Below, piece by piece: positions 54,376-63,932 of a DNA stretch of 64,000 nucleotides. Where the stretch lies: the IMG/VR virus record IMGVR_UViG_3300027881_000008, positions 1 through 64,000 of that record; one strand, written 5' to 3'. Both the position numbers and the translations under genes were made by a program. The notes below the pieces were generated by a model, which searched no databases, was not told the origin of the DNA, and worked only from the letters and a program-made list of their open reading frames with translations. Positions within the stretch are counted from its first letter, which is position 1; the number at the start of each line of letters is the position of its first letter. The stretch comes from a virus.

Positions 54376-56069
54376 GCAGTGTCGCCCGGGTGACCGGGCG
54401 CGTCGTGCTCGTTCGGCCCGACCAGCTTGGCTCGAGTTTCTCGGTCACCGTTGGTCCGCCGCCCGATCTGTTCTGGTTCCGCTGTTCGCGCAAGCCCCCC
54501 AAGCTGGGGCAGAAGGTGCGGGTAACCGGCGAGCTGGGCGACAAGAGGGACATCGGCACCAGCTCCGTGCCCGCGTCGATCACGACTCTCCACCATGCGC
54601 GCCACGAGGTGCTGCCCGACGCGCACGACACGCGCGTCGTTCCCCCGGCGTGGCTCAAGCGCGTACAGGATGTGATGGCGCGCCCGCTCTATCCTTACCA
54701 AGCCGAGGGCGCCGGCTGGATCTGCTCTCGCCTGTCGAGCGGCGGAGCTATCCTTGGCGACGACCCCGGCCTCGGAAAGAGCGCGCAGACCGTGGCGGCC
54801 ATCTGCGCCATGCGCTCGTTCCCCGTCGTCGTCTGCTGCCCCAGCTCGCTCAAGCCGCACTGGGCACGCGAGTTCGGGTTCGCCAATGACGTGCCCCAGA
54901 TCCAGGTCGTACACGGGAAAAAGGGGCCCCTGTACCAGGCGGACGTTTACGTCATCAACTACGAGCTGCTCCGCTCCCGCGAGGCCGAGCTCAAAGCCTT
55001 GAGGCCGCGCTTGTACGTCTTCGACGAGGCCCAGGCCCTCAAGTCCCCGCTCGCGCGCGGCAAACATCGAGCGGCAGTCGCGACCCGGCTCGTGCGTGAG
55101 ACGCGCGGAGCGGTGCTGCTCTCGGGCACTCCCGTGGTCAACAGGCCCAACGAACTGTGGAGGCTGCTTCACCTCTGCGACCCCAAGGAGTGGCCGTCGT
55201 TCGCCGACTACAAACACCGGTACCTGGAGGGGCGCAAAGGCAAAGAGGTGGGGCGTTCGGTGAGGACCGCAGCGGGCAAGGTCGAGCGCCTCGACGAGCT
55301 GCACGCCAAGGTCGGCCCCTTCCTCTTGCGGCGCCTCAAGAGCCAGGTGCTCACCGACCTGCCGCCCAAGAGTCGCCGGAGCGCGCTGGTGCGGCTGGCG
55401 GAGGCGGATATGGCTCACTACCGGCGCGCGGAGAAGGACGTCGTAGGTTGGCTTCGGTCCATAGGGCACCTGCGCCGGGCGGCCAACGCTCAACGCGCCG
55501 AGAGCATCGTGCGGCTGACGATGCTGCGGCGCATAGCCGCCATGGGCAAGCTCCGCACCGCCATCCCCAATTACCTGCGCACCTGGTTCGCGCGCAGCGA
55601 GGCGGCTCCGCTCGTCCTCTTCGGCTATCACCGCGAGGTGATCAAGGGCCTTTGGCGCATCTGTCAGTCGATGGGACTCCGCGTCACGGGGATCGGAGGA
55701 GCGGAGGGGCCTGACAAGCGCCAGCGCCAGGTTGACGCGTTCATGGACGGACTGGCCGACGTGTTCATCGCCCCGATTGCAACGGCCGGAGTTGGACTCA
55801 ATCTGCAGCGCGCGGCCGACGCTCTCTTCGTGGAGCGAATTTGGACCCCGAGCGGGATGATCCAAGCGGAGGACCGCATCTGGCGCCTGGGGCAGCGTCG
55901 CCCGGTTACAATCACCTACCTGGACGCTGCCGGCACGGTAGACGAACACGTCGCCCAGGTGATCGATGCAAAGCAGCGTTTGATCAACGCCATCGTCGAA
56001 GACGCAGGGGGCGCGGAGTCCATGAAAACGGTCGCGGAGGTCGCTCAGAGGCTCCAAGAGGCGAGCTGA
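54372..56069 (+). CDS. SNF2-family (HARP/SMARCAL1-like) ATPase/helicase
   Basis: GDDPGLGKS, DEAQ, LSGTPVVN, GVGLNL and QAEDRIWRLGQ. Confidence 0.92.
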   Translation: MSSVARVTGRVVLVRPDQLGSSFSVTVGPPPDLFWFRCSRKPPKLGQKVRVTGELGDKRDIGTSSVPASITTLHHARHEVLPDAHDTRVVPPAWLKRVQDVMARPLYPYQAEGAGWICSRLSSGGAILGDDPGLGKSAQTVAAICAMRSFPVVVCCPSSLKPHWAREFGFANDVPQIQVVHGKKGPLYQADVYVINYELLRSREAELKALRPRLYVFDEAQALKSPLARGKHRAAVATRLVRETRGAVLLSGTPVVNRPNELWRLLHLCDPKEWPSFADYKHRYLEGRKGKEVGRSVRTAAGKVERLDELHAKVGPFLLRRLKSQVLTDLPPKSRRSALVRLAEADMAHYRRAEKDVVGWLRSIGHLRRAANAQRAESIVRLTMLRRIAAMGKLRTAIPNYLRTWFARSEAAPLVLFGYHREVIKGLWRICQSMGLRVTGIGGAEGPDKRQRQVDAFMDGLADVFIAPIATAGVGLNLQRAADALFVERIWTPSGMIQAEDRIWRLGQRRPVTITYLDAAGTVDEHVAQVIDAKQRLINAIVEDAGGAESMKTVAEVAQRLQEAS

Positions 56070-56170
56070 GCTTACGTCGCTTAGGTCGCTTACGTCGCTT
56101 AGGTCGCTTAGGTCGCTTCCGTCGCTTACGTCGCTTACGTCGCTTAGGGGCTCCAAGAGGCGAGCTGAGC
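56040..56170 (+). repeat. 9-bp tandem repeat GCTT(A/C)(C/G)GTC, eight copies plus a partial, between 32-bp direct repeats
   Basis: Units at 56070-56148; flanks at 56040-56071 and 56139-56170 (two mismatches). Confidence 0.9.
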
Positions 56171-56186
56171 GTGGTAAGCTTCGCCC

Positions 56187-56849
56187 ATGGCCGAACTAGT
56201 CCTTTACGCGAACCCGTACGAATACGGCGCGAGCGGGTTCTACTTTCGCTCCGCTGAGGAGTACGAGAAGGCGTTCGACAAGCACCGCCCCGTCGAGGAG
56301 TATTCGCTGGAGTTCATCAACGGGTCGAGCGAAGACGTGGACCTGTTCAAGGTGCTCGAGGTGGACGCCTCCAACCTCGAACAGTTCTTCACGTTCGCCG
56401 AGGACATGGACGACAGCCAAAAGGCCGCCCTGTTTTACCTGATCGCCCACCGCGGGAAGGGTCCTGGGGAGACGGTGGACGACCTCATCGAGAAGTCGGA
56501 AGACGTGAGTGTACACCCCGGAGACGTGGGCGACTGGGCCGAGAGCTTCATCGAAGACCAGGGAGGAGTTGCGGAGTTCCCGCGCGAGTTCATCGAGCAA
56601 CACTTCGACTACGCGGCCTACGGAAAGCTCATCAAAGAGGACATGGAAGAGGGCGACTACCGCGCGGATATGAGCGACGAGGATGCGGGGTACGAGTTCG
56701 TGGACGACGTTGGGATCAAAAACATCCCCAAAGCGGACCTCGAATACCACTTCGACGTCGACTCGTGGGTGAGGGACCTCGCTGCGGGCAGCGACGTAAC
56801 CGCGTTCGAGTTCGGCGGGGCGCAATACGCCACCGACTACTCCGGCTGA
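56187..56849 (+). CDS. ardA: ArdA-like antirestriction DNA-mimic protein
   Basis: Extremely acidic; YANPY..GFYF N-terminus; twin FDYAAYG and FDVDSWVRDL motifs. Confidence 0.75.
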   Translation: MAELVLYANPYEYGASGFYFRSAEEYEKAFDKHRPVEEYSLEFINGSSEDVDLFKVLEVDASNLEQFFTFAEDMDDSQKAALFYLIAHRGKGPGETVDDLIEKSEDVSVHPGDVGDWAESFIEDQGGVAEFPREFIEQHFDYAAYGKLIKEDMEEGDYRADMSDEDAGYEFVDDVGIKNIPKADLEYHFDVDSWVRDLAAGSDVTAFEFGGAQYATDYSG

Positions 56850-57751
56850 GGCACCGTCCACGCCAGCCGCACGATGCCCCCATCAAGACCGATTTGGGCC
56901 TCGCCGACCAAAATCCTCTGACCGAAATTAAATCGGACACCGCCCGTGCTTGTCCTTTCAGCCCAACGTGGCGAAACGCAGGCGCGCCAGCGGCGACGGC
57001 CTCGTTCGCGAGCAGCCCTATTACGTCTATCACGAGCGTCCCTTAGGCGTGCCTTCATCGTAGCCGCGAAACGCGCGGACGAGCGACCCAACGGCCCGCT
57101 ACGCGCCAGCGAGCACTTTTCGGCATTCCAGGCATTCCATTCGGCGTCGCTACGGCGACGGCCGTGGTATCCCTCTTCCACGCACCTGGGACAAGGGCGC
57201 TTGCGCGTGAGACGTGACGTGGGTTCCCAGTTGAAAGGGTCGTCCACCGCAGCGCTCGCTCGGATCTCAGCTAAGGGAACCCCTTCAAGTGCGCGAGCCT
57301 TCCCGTCGTCCACCGGGTGGGTGTGGTAAATCTCCACGGCTGCCTGGATGTGGCCGCCCTTTAGAACGGCGACATCTACGACCCTTGCGTTTGGAAGCCG
57401 GTGCTCCACCGCGACCACGCTTGAAGCGGCGGGTCGAAAATCCGAGGTCCAACTGCCTCCGCACCCGTGTTCGGAGCAGCTGCGGCGGACGCGGATGGCT
57501 TCGCCCCCGTCTCGGGCCACCTCAAGCGCCCAGGCCACCCGCATCTTCGCAACCCGGTGGACGATGCTCTCGTGCGAGCAACCCGAGCCGAGGTGAGCGA
57601 AGTGTCGACACACCTGCGTATCCGGGCCCCCTCGTACCATGAGCTTGCAGCGGCAAGCAGGACATACCAGCTCCTCGGTGTCGCGACTGTCCCCAGGAGG
57701 GACAAGGGTTCCGAGAGAGTCGAGCCCAAATGGAACCTTTAGCTCCTTCAT
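56837..57751 (-). CDS. CoiA-like Zn-finger plus PD-(D/E)xK nuclease
   Basis: CPAC..HFAH..C.HES..H..AK; EHRL...VDVAV...AVEIYHTH. Confidence 0.75.
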   Translation of the reverse strand: MKELKVPFGLDSLGTLVPPGDSRDTEELVCPACRCKLMVRGGPDTQVCRHFAHLGSGCSHESIVHRVAKMRVAWALEVARDGGEAIRVRRSCSEHGCGGSWTSDFRPAASSVVAVEHRLPNARVVDVAVLKGGHIQAAVEIYHTHPVDDGKARALEGVPLAEIRASAAVDDPFNWEPTSRLTRKRPCPRCVEEGYHGRRRSDAEWNAWNAEKCSLARSGPLGRSSARFAATMKARLRDARDRRNRAARERGRRRWRACVSPRWAERTSTGGVRFNFGQRILVGEAQIGLDGGIVRLAWTVPQPE

Positions 57752-57755
57752 TTTC

Positions 57756-58920
57756 TTATGACGACCCCCTCTGGGCGAACCCCTGGGGCCGGAGCCTGCG
57801 CACTACGCAGGGGGGCATCGCGCGAACTACCTCCTCGAACGCTTCGGCCTCCGCCTGCTCGCGCGGAGTCCCGCTCTCCTGCTTTATCGCGGCGCGCTCC
57901 TCCAGCAGGTACGCGAGCTCGGCCTCGTCGTGGGACCGGACCACGTCCGGCGAAAGCTGGCGCGTCACCAGAGCGACTCCTGGCTACCGGGCGCCGGGGT
58001 TCCGCTTTCTAGGGCCGACACGACGGCTTCGTGAGCGTCGCGAGCGGCGGAGCCCTTGCAACAAGTCTTGAACGACGCGGCTGCACCTAGGAGGGCGCCG
58101 CGCAGGTCGTCCTCCGAGGCATCCGGGTCAAGAGCGAGCATGGCCCACGCATCGACGTCGGTCCGCGCCGGCAGTTCGGGGCACGCGGCAGCGAAATAGA
58201 CGGACGCCTGTGGGCCGCGCTCCCACGAGCCGAGACGTTGGCAGAAAGGGCTCATCCTCTCCCCGCACTTCGGGCACGCGACGACGACGCCCAGGGCTAT
58301 CTTTACTACTGCTGGGGGCGCGGGCGGCGCGGGCGCTACGGGCGGCGGCGGCGGCTTCGCAAACGCTGGCGCTCGCCTTATCTGCTCGCTGCAGCCATCG
58401 GCCGCCCGCGCCGCGCTTCGGCGCGCTGCGCTGGGCGCGGGCGCTGCGGTGGACGGCCACTCGTGGGGCGCCTCCATCCGGCGGCGCGGGCGACCGCCCC
58501 TGTTGGAAAAAGCGGTCATGTGACGTTTCTTCACTTCCGGTCCCCGCACACCACGCCGAAAAAGGTGCCCGGCACGGCAGGAGGGAACGGTGAAACCGAG
58601 CACATTACCGCAGCGACCGGCGCCGCAATAAGGACGTGGCCGCCGGTAGGTGGGCGTTTTACGACGTCGCCCTCTCGCCGTCGGCCTCTTCCAGCCTGCA
58701 CCTGAGAGACTGAGCGCACAGTGGGAGGGACACCGGCGAGGTGCCGGAGACGGCTTTTGTAATACCACTTCTCCTCGCGTGGAGCGCAGTCGATGCACCC
58801 GCCGCCCGCGTCCCCGCAGCTGAAGCAAAGAGGCTCCTCGTCGCGAAAAGCGAACGGCTCTTCGCGCAGAAAGGCCGCCGCGCGTTCGACGCAGTCCTTG
58901 GGTACCTCGCTCAAATCCAC
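57756..58920 (-). CDS. Three small genes (57756-57968 EERAAI-type, 57965-58519, 58531-58920 Cys-rich)
   Basis: Co-oriented downstream of the HTH gene; CxxC pairs. Confidence 0.45.
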
Positions 58921-59120
58921 ACCTCGGAACTGACCTGCAACAGGCTGCGCAGGCTCCCCATGTGCTGGCGATCAGGAACGCGGGTGCCCGCCAGCCACCG
59001 GGTGACGGTGGAGGGGGACACCTCAAGCCGGCGGGCCAGCTCGCGCTGACTCCACCCTTTTTGTTGTAGAGCCAGCGCGAGCGCCTTAGCCCCGGCGTTG
59101 GTGTTTTCTGGTTCAGCCAC
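58911..59120 (-). CDS. XRE/Cro-C1 helix-turn-helix regulator
   Basis: GWSQRELARRLEVSPSTVTRWLAG.RVP. Confidence 0.9.
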   Translation of the reverse strand: MAEPENTNAGAKALALALQQKGWSQRELARRLEVSPSTVTRWLAGTRVPDRQHMGSLRSLLQVSSEVWI

Positions 59121-59125
59121 GCCCC

Positions 59126-59205
59126 ATGGTGCCCAGTTGTTGCCTTCAGGTCAACAACCTTGACCTCGGCGATCTCTAGGTCCATGATGTTGCCTTGGTG
59201 GCAAC
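59126..59205. promoter_or_regulatory. Back-to-back promoters with two 17-bp operators
   Basis: Leftward TTGACC-N17-CACCAT; rightward TTGACC(59160)-N17-CATGAT(59183); operators at 59139-59155 and 59189-59205. Confidence 0.7.
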
Positions 59206-59251
59206 GCCGGTCGCGAGCCGCCCACACAACCGCAAAGAATGGAGCCTGAAA

Positions 59252-59842
59252 ATGAAAATGGAATTGATGTTCCCCTCGAAATATCTGCGCGCTGTCGACC
59301 TCGACGGCGAGCGCCTGGTAACAATCGCCGACGTCGTCATGGATGAACTCGTCATGCGAGGAGGTCGGCGGGAGGAAAAGCCGGTCATCCACCTGAAGGG
59401 GGACGACAAGATGCTCGTCCTCAACAAGACGAACGCAGAGACCATCGCCGGCTTGTACGGAGGCGAGAGCGACGAGTGGCGAGGGAAGGAACTCGTTCTT
59501 TTCCCGACCGACGTCACGTTTGGTCGCGAGCGGGTGCTCGCGATCCGGGTGCGCGCTCCTGGGGGCGCAAAGCAGGCCGAGAGCGGCGCTCCTTTTGGCG
59601 CCGACGAGGACGACTGGGCGGCTGCCGACGCCGAGGGGGCGCCTGACTGGTTCGGAGAGGTGGCCGCGTCCCTTTGGCTGCCGTTGGCCGCCGCCTTCGA
59701 CGCAGACGAACTCGCGCGCACGGGGAGCGCCGTGAAAGAGGCTTGGGGGCGCAAGCGGATCAACCAGAACGAGCGCGACGCGCTCAAGAAGAAGTTCGTG
59801 GAGGTGCGCCGCGCTCTCCACAATGAGAGAAACTCCGCGTAG
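59252..59842 (+). CDS. Phage SSB-like/OB-fold protein (tentative)
   Basis: FPSKYLRAVDL, LVLNKTN and W.GK...L...V.F...AIRVR. Confidence 0.6.
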   Translation: MKMELMFPSKYLRAVDLDGERLVTIADVVMDELVMRGGRREEKPVIHLKGDDKMLVLNKTNAETIAGLYGGESDEWRGKELVLFPTDVTFGRERVLAIRVRAPGGAKQAESGAPFGADEDDWAAADAEGAPDWFGEVAASLWLPLAAAFDADELARTGSAVKEAWGRKRINQNERDALKKKFVEVRRALHNERNSA

Positions 59843-59862
59843 GAGGTGGTAGGCTGGCTTTC

Positions 59863-62800
59863 GTGAGCCAAGCCGCTATCGACATCCACCGCCCCGAGGC
59901 GCAGTTAAGCCGCACGGTGTTGGAGCTAAAGCAGCTCGCGACCGTGTGGGGGAGGAGCGCCAAGGGGCGGAGCTATGTGGAGGCACTTCTCACGTTCCTC
60001 AACCGAAAGCAGAACCACAACACTCAGCGGGCGTACGCTTTTGGTCTTCTTGAGTTCTTCGGCTGGTACGAGCTGAAAAAGGGACGGACGCCCCTGCCCG
60101 AAGAGGTACGGCGCGTAGACGCGTATGCGTTCAGCGATTACCTGCAGAAGCGAGACATTGGGCTCGACGAGCAGCGCCTTGCCCAGGACCCGGACCACGC
60201 GCTTGACCTCGCCATCTACCGTTACGTCAAGGGTCACCCGTCGGCGCGGATTAGCGCCATCCGCAAGAAGCTCGTCGCGGACCACCGGTTCACCCAGACT
60301 GTCGAGTTCGAGGCTGGGGGCCGCAAACAGAGCCTGCGGGTGCTCAGCATCGAGGCCGATGACCTTCGTGGCGACGCCTTGGCGGCCTACGTTGCGAAGC
60401 ACGGCTTCGCTCCGCCGGACCCCCTCGACGAGCGCCTCGCGTGCATGGTCGACCACAACCTCTTGCGCAGGACCCCGACGATACGCCGCGTACGAAGCGG
60501 CGACGCCGGACTCGGCCTGGAGCACCCGAGCCGCGCCCAGCTCGACTTCCGTGTCGACCCCGAGGTTTTCTCGTATTTTGTGGACGTCCACACCACCGCG
60601 TCTGGCGCCGAGCGCGCCAATAGCGTAGTGACCCGGCTCAGTGCGTTAGCGAGCTTCTGGACCTACCTGATCACCGAATCAGCGGAGAACGCCGCGGGGA
60701 GCGAGCCCCTCCTCAAACACAACATTTGGACCGAGCCCCGCGCGCAGCTCATGGGCGCAGCCAAGAGCCGCAGCCGTGCCTCGCGCGAGCTGAAGACGCC
60801 GTCTCGTGAGCTGTTTTTAAGGGTCTTGGCGACGACGTTCGTGCGCAGTCACGAGGGCCAGGAGCTGCAGGCGGCCAGCGCGTTTCTCGAAGGCGCCGAC
60901 GTCAGCGGGTCTTCCAGCGGGGAGGCCGGCATTTACGACCTGCGTGACCGGGCGCTGATGGTTTTCGCCTATTGGACCGGCGCGCGCGCCGAGGAGATGC
61001 GGTCGCTGTCTCGCGACGCGGTGCAGCCTGACGGCCTCGTAACGGTGCTGGGGAAAGGAGACAAAACCCGTTCTTTTGCCGTGCCCCCTCCGGCTCTGCG
61101 CGCGATCTCCGACTTCCAGGCAGAGCTTGACGCAAGGTCCGAGGGTTCGTCCGACCCCAATGCCCTGGTCCACAAGCTCACCGCGTCCGCGGCGCCGCTG
61201 TTCCCGCCCCTGAAGCTTTGGGGCCACAACCGAGGAGCCCAGTTGGTGGGACTCTCCGCCGACTCTTTCTCGAAGATGATGCGGCACCGGGGCCTCCGCG
61301 CAGGGGTGGGGCGACAGAGCGCCGAGTGGAAGAAGCTCCACGCCCATGGGGTGCGACACCTGGCCGCGCTCGAAGCCCGGCAAAGGGGGGTCGACCTCGC
61401 CACCATCCAGGGCACCCTCGGTCACTCCAGCCTGTCCACCACGGGGATCTACATCGAGGTGCGCGACCCCCTGAAACGGTCTCTCATGCCTGCGCGCTCC
61501 GCCCCCGGCGGCGCTCCCCCCTTCCAGCGGCGCGCCCCAGGGCACGAGCACCCCGAGGCGGAGGAGGTGATCGAGGAGATAGAGATCGACGAAGAGCCGG
61601 GGCTGGTCGGGGTGGGCGGCCAACCCGAGGTCCCACCTGGCCTCTACGAGGAGGACGAGGAAGCTGGCGACGAGCCTTTCCCACTTGATGAAGAGGAAGA
61701 GGAGGCGCCCGAAGAGGACGCCCTGACGCTCGTCCACCGGGACGCCGAAGAACTCGTGGCGGAGACCGATGCGGTCGAGAAGCTTCTCCAGGTCTACCGG
61801 AGCAACTGGGGCGAAACGGGGAAGCGGGCCAAGCTGGTGGATGCGAAGGGCCTGTTGGGGAGCACGTACGCGGGGCGACCTACGGGGCTTCCGTGGTGGC
61901 AGGGCGCGGCGGGCGCTATGAACGCCTCCTACTCCTACGTTCCCAACGAGGCAGAGACGACGAAGTTCCCGGCCATGCCAGTGATAGGGCCCCAGCAATT
62001 CGTGATGGAAGCCGGGTGGGGCGAAGAAGACTGCGACGAGCCTCTCTGCCAGGCGCTCGGCGAGCTTTATTCGCAGTGGCTCCAGGACCCCGAGCGCGGG
62101 CCCACAGCCGCGGCGGCGTTGACAGAATGGATCTTCACCTCAGCGATGGTGACGCTCGAAGTGGATGCGGTGGTGCGCGAGCGGTCAGGCCACTGGGTGG
62201 CGTTCGACTCCCCGCTCGAAGACACAAAGAGCGGCCAGGGAAAGCCTCGGGTGTTGCGCGAGCACCTCAACGACGCTGTGGTGAGCTGGTTCGAGCGGAC
62301 GGCATGGCAGTTCCGCCGCAGCGCCGACAGCGCCACCGCTCGCGGCTCCGAGCTCACCGTCCCTGCCTGGTACTCAAAGAAAGACCCGCTGCTCGACATC
62401 CCCGCTCCTGAGCGCGCCGAACTCATCGACTGGCTGCAGGTTTTCGTGGGCCTTCCCCCACTCGACAAGACGCCGCGCTTCGACCACGGCGCCTCGCGGG
62501 CCAAGGTGGGAAAGCTGCTGGGCACCCTGTGCGCGTACGACACTCTGGCGACCGACCCCGACCGCACCCGCAAGCGCGAGCAAAAAGAGATCCTCAGCGC
62601 CGTGGAAGATCAGATCACCGCCGACGTGAAGCGAGCAACCAAGGGGCGCGTCGCGGATTTCCGCTACGGCGACACCAAGAAGCGCCGCAAGATCGAAACC
62701 GTCCAGGCCGAAATGGCGCGCGAAAAATCCAAGAGAGAGGGCAGCGAAGAAGCCGCCGAGGCTTCTACCAAATACTCGAAATACCTTGCGACCCACCTCA

Positions 62801-63459
62801 TGGAGGTCGTGGGAGAGGTCTTCGGAAAGAAGGCAGCTGAAGACCCAATCCTCAGCCTATACGCTCTATGCACGGCCGGAGCGCCGCTCAAGTCGCGCGC
62901 CGACAAGTACAAACCACTGTTCCGGGCGGGGGGCGGAACCATCGAGCACACTCCCGAGTTCGCCGAGCAGTTCGCCCAGGAGACGGGCACTCACTCCGAA
63001 TGCGTGGCGCGCCGTCTGGCGCGGCACATCTACGAGGAGGGACGCGCCCCCAAATGGTACAAGCTCCGCAACTGGCCGCGTGACGTTATCCCTTACCTCG
63101 AGTCGCTTTCCGCCTACCGCGTTCCGTGCCCGTCGAGCCAAGAACACGAACTCCGAAAGCGACTCAAAAGCGAAGAGCCACTTCCCGTCTACAGGCGGTG
63201 GCGCGAGGCTAGCCAGCGACTTCTGGGGACATCGGTTCCAGAGTCCACCGAGGTGGAAGAGATGTTCGCGGAGGAGGCGGGGCGGGGAGCGCCCATCCAG
63301 GCTTTCCGCCCGAGGGACGCAGAGGACTACGAGACGCGTCAGGTCTCCTCCGAAGAGAGCGCCGGGGGCCCAGGCGTGGTGGTTCGCCGCCGCCTCGCGA
63401 CCCCCAACGGGATGCAGCTGCTCCCGCTCTTGTTCGCGATGAAAAGGGCACGAGGATGA
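59863..63459 (+). CDS. Giant tyrosine recombinase (Xer/Int catalytic domain, insertion, long C-terminal extension)
   Basis: RDRALM..TGARAEE (R), GKGDKTR (K), HGVRH (HxxR) and LGHSSLSTTGIY (H, Y). Confidence 0.9.
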   Translation: MSQAAIDIHRPEAQLSRTVLELKQLATVWGRSAKGRSYVEALLTFLNRKQNHNTQRAYAFGLLEFFGWYELKKGRTPLPEEVRRVDAYAFSDYLQKRDIGLDEQRLAQDPDHALDLAIYRYVKGHPSARISAIRKKLVADHRFTQTVEFEAGGRKQSLRVLSIEADDLRGDALAAYVAKHGFAPPDPLDERLACMVDHNLLRRTPTIRRVRSGDAGLGLEHPSRAQLDFRVDPEVFSYFVDVHTTASGAERANSVVTRLSALASFWTYLITESAENAAGSEPLLKHNIWTEPRAQLMGAAKSRSRASRELKTPSRELFLRVLATTFVRSHEGQELQAASAFLEGADVSGSSSGEAGIYDLRDRALMVFAYWTGARAEEMRSLSRDAVQPDGLVTVLGKGDKTRSFAVPPPALRAISDFQAELDARSEGSSDPNALVHKLTASAAPLFPPLKLWGHNRGAQLVGLSADSFSKMMRHRGLRAGVGRQSAEWKKLHAHGVRHLAALEARQRGVDLATIQGTLGHSSLSTTGIYIEVRDPLKRSLMPARSAPGGAPPFQRRAPGHEHPEAEEVIEEIEIDEEPGLVGVGGQPEVPPGLYEEDEEAGDEPFPLDEEEEEAPEEDALTLVHRDAEELVAETDAVEKLLQVYRSNWGETGKRAKLVDAKGLLGSTYAGRPTGLPWWQGAAGAMNASYSYVPNEAETTKFPAMPVIGPQQFVMEAGWGEEDCDEPLCQALGELYSQWLQDPERGPTAAAALTEWIFTSAMVTLEVDAVVRERSGHWVAFDSPLEDTKSGQGKPRVLREHLNDAVVSWFERTAWQFRRSADSATARGSELTVPAWYSKKDPLLDIPAPERAELIDWLQVFVGLPPLDKTPRFDHGASRAKVGKLLGTLCAYDTLATDPDRTRKREQKEILSAVEDQITADVKRATKGRVADFRYGDTKKRRKIETVQAEMAREKSKREGSEEAAEASTKYSKYLATHLMEVVGEVFGKKAAEDPILSLYALCTAGAPLKSRADKYKPLFRAGGGTIEHTPEFAEQFAQETGTHSECVARRLARHIYEEGRAPKWYKLRNWPRDVIPYLESLSAYRVPCPSSQEHELRKRLKSEEPLPVYRRWREASQRLLGTSVPESTEVEEMFAEEAGRGAPIQAFRPRDAEDYETRQVSSEESAGGPGVVVRRRLATPNGMQLLPLLFAMKRARG

Positions 63460-63932
63460 GACGCGGGTACCTGCGCCTCTACGTCTACGCCAAGAACGGC
63501 GAGCGCATCGTCGCCAGCCCGATTTTGTCGGCGGCGCTTCTTCCCTCTACCACCATCCCTGGGCTTCCCGGCGAAGCTTGGGAGCTGGCCGATAGGAACG
63601 AGGAGGGCCTCCGGCGCGCGGCCGTCGAGCTGCTCGTCCACCGCCGCAAGCGCTCCAACAGCCGCGTGTACGGGATAGCCTTGGTAAAAGGCCCCGCAAG
63701 AAGGAACTCCGCCTACCTCTCGCGGGCCGCGGGCCGCCCGGTGAGCCTCACTGCAACGAACAGTTACATTGCCGCGTTCGCGGCTGTCGGCGACAGCAAC
63801 ACCGTGTGGGCCGGGGATGCGCAACGAGAGACGCTTAGCGACCTGGTGACCCACCTGGGGCGCTGCGTCCGGCACGTACGTACCGAAGAGACCCAGGAGC
63901 CCGGGATGTTCGCGCCTGCTCTGGAGAGATGA
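63456..63932 (+). CDS. Hypothetical protein
   Basis: ATGA-coupled to the recombinase. Confidence 0.5.
   Translation: MRRGYLRLYVYAKNGERIVASPILSAALLPSTTIPGLPGEAWELADRNEEGLRRAAVELLVHRRKRSNSRVYGIALVKGPARRNSAYLSRAAGRPVSLTATNSYIAAFAAVGDSNTVWAGDAQRETLSDLVTHLGRCVRHVRTEETQEPGMFAPALER

Noticed and set aside
54165-56156. Long antisense/alternative-frame ORFs (also 14099-15400, 25268-26719, 28303-29601 and the full 57965-59821)
   Set aside because: Shadow ORFs expected in high-GC DNA opposite motif-bearing genes
56040-56170. CRISPR-like repeat-spacer-repeat
   Set aside because: Only two flanking repeats, the intervening DNA is itself a tandem 9-mer, and there are no cas genes
48655-57751. Type II R-M pair (MTase plus PD-(D/E)xK nuclease)
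   Set aside because: The genes are 7 kb apart on opposite strands, and the nuclease looks CoiA-like
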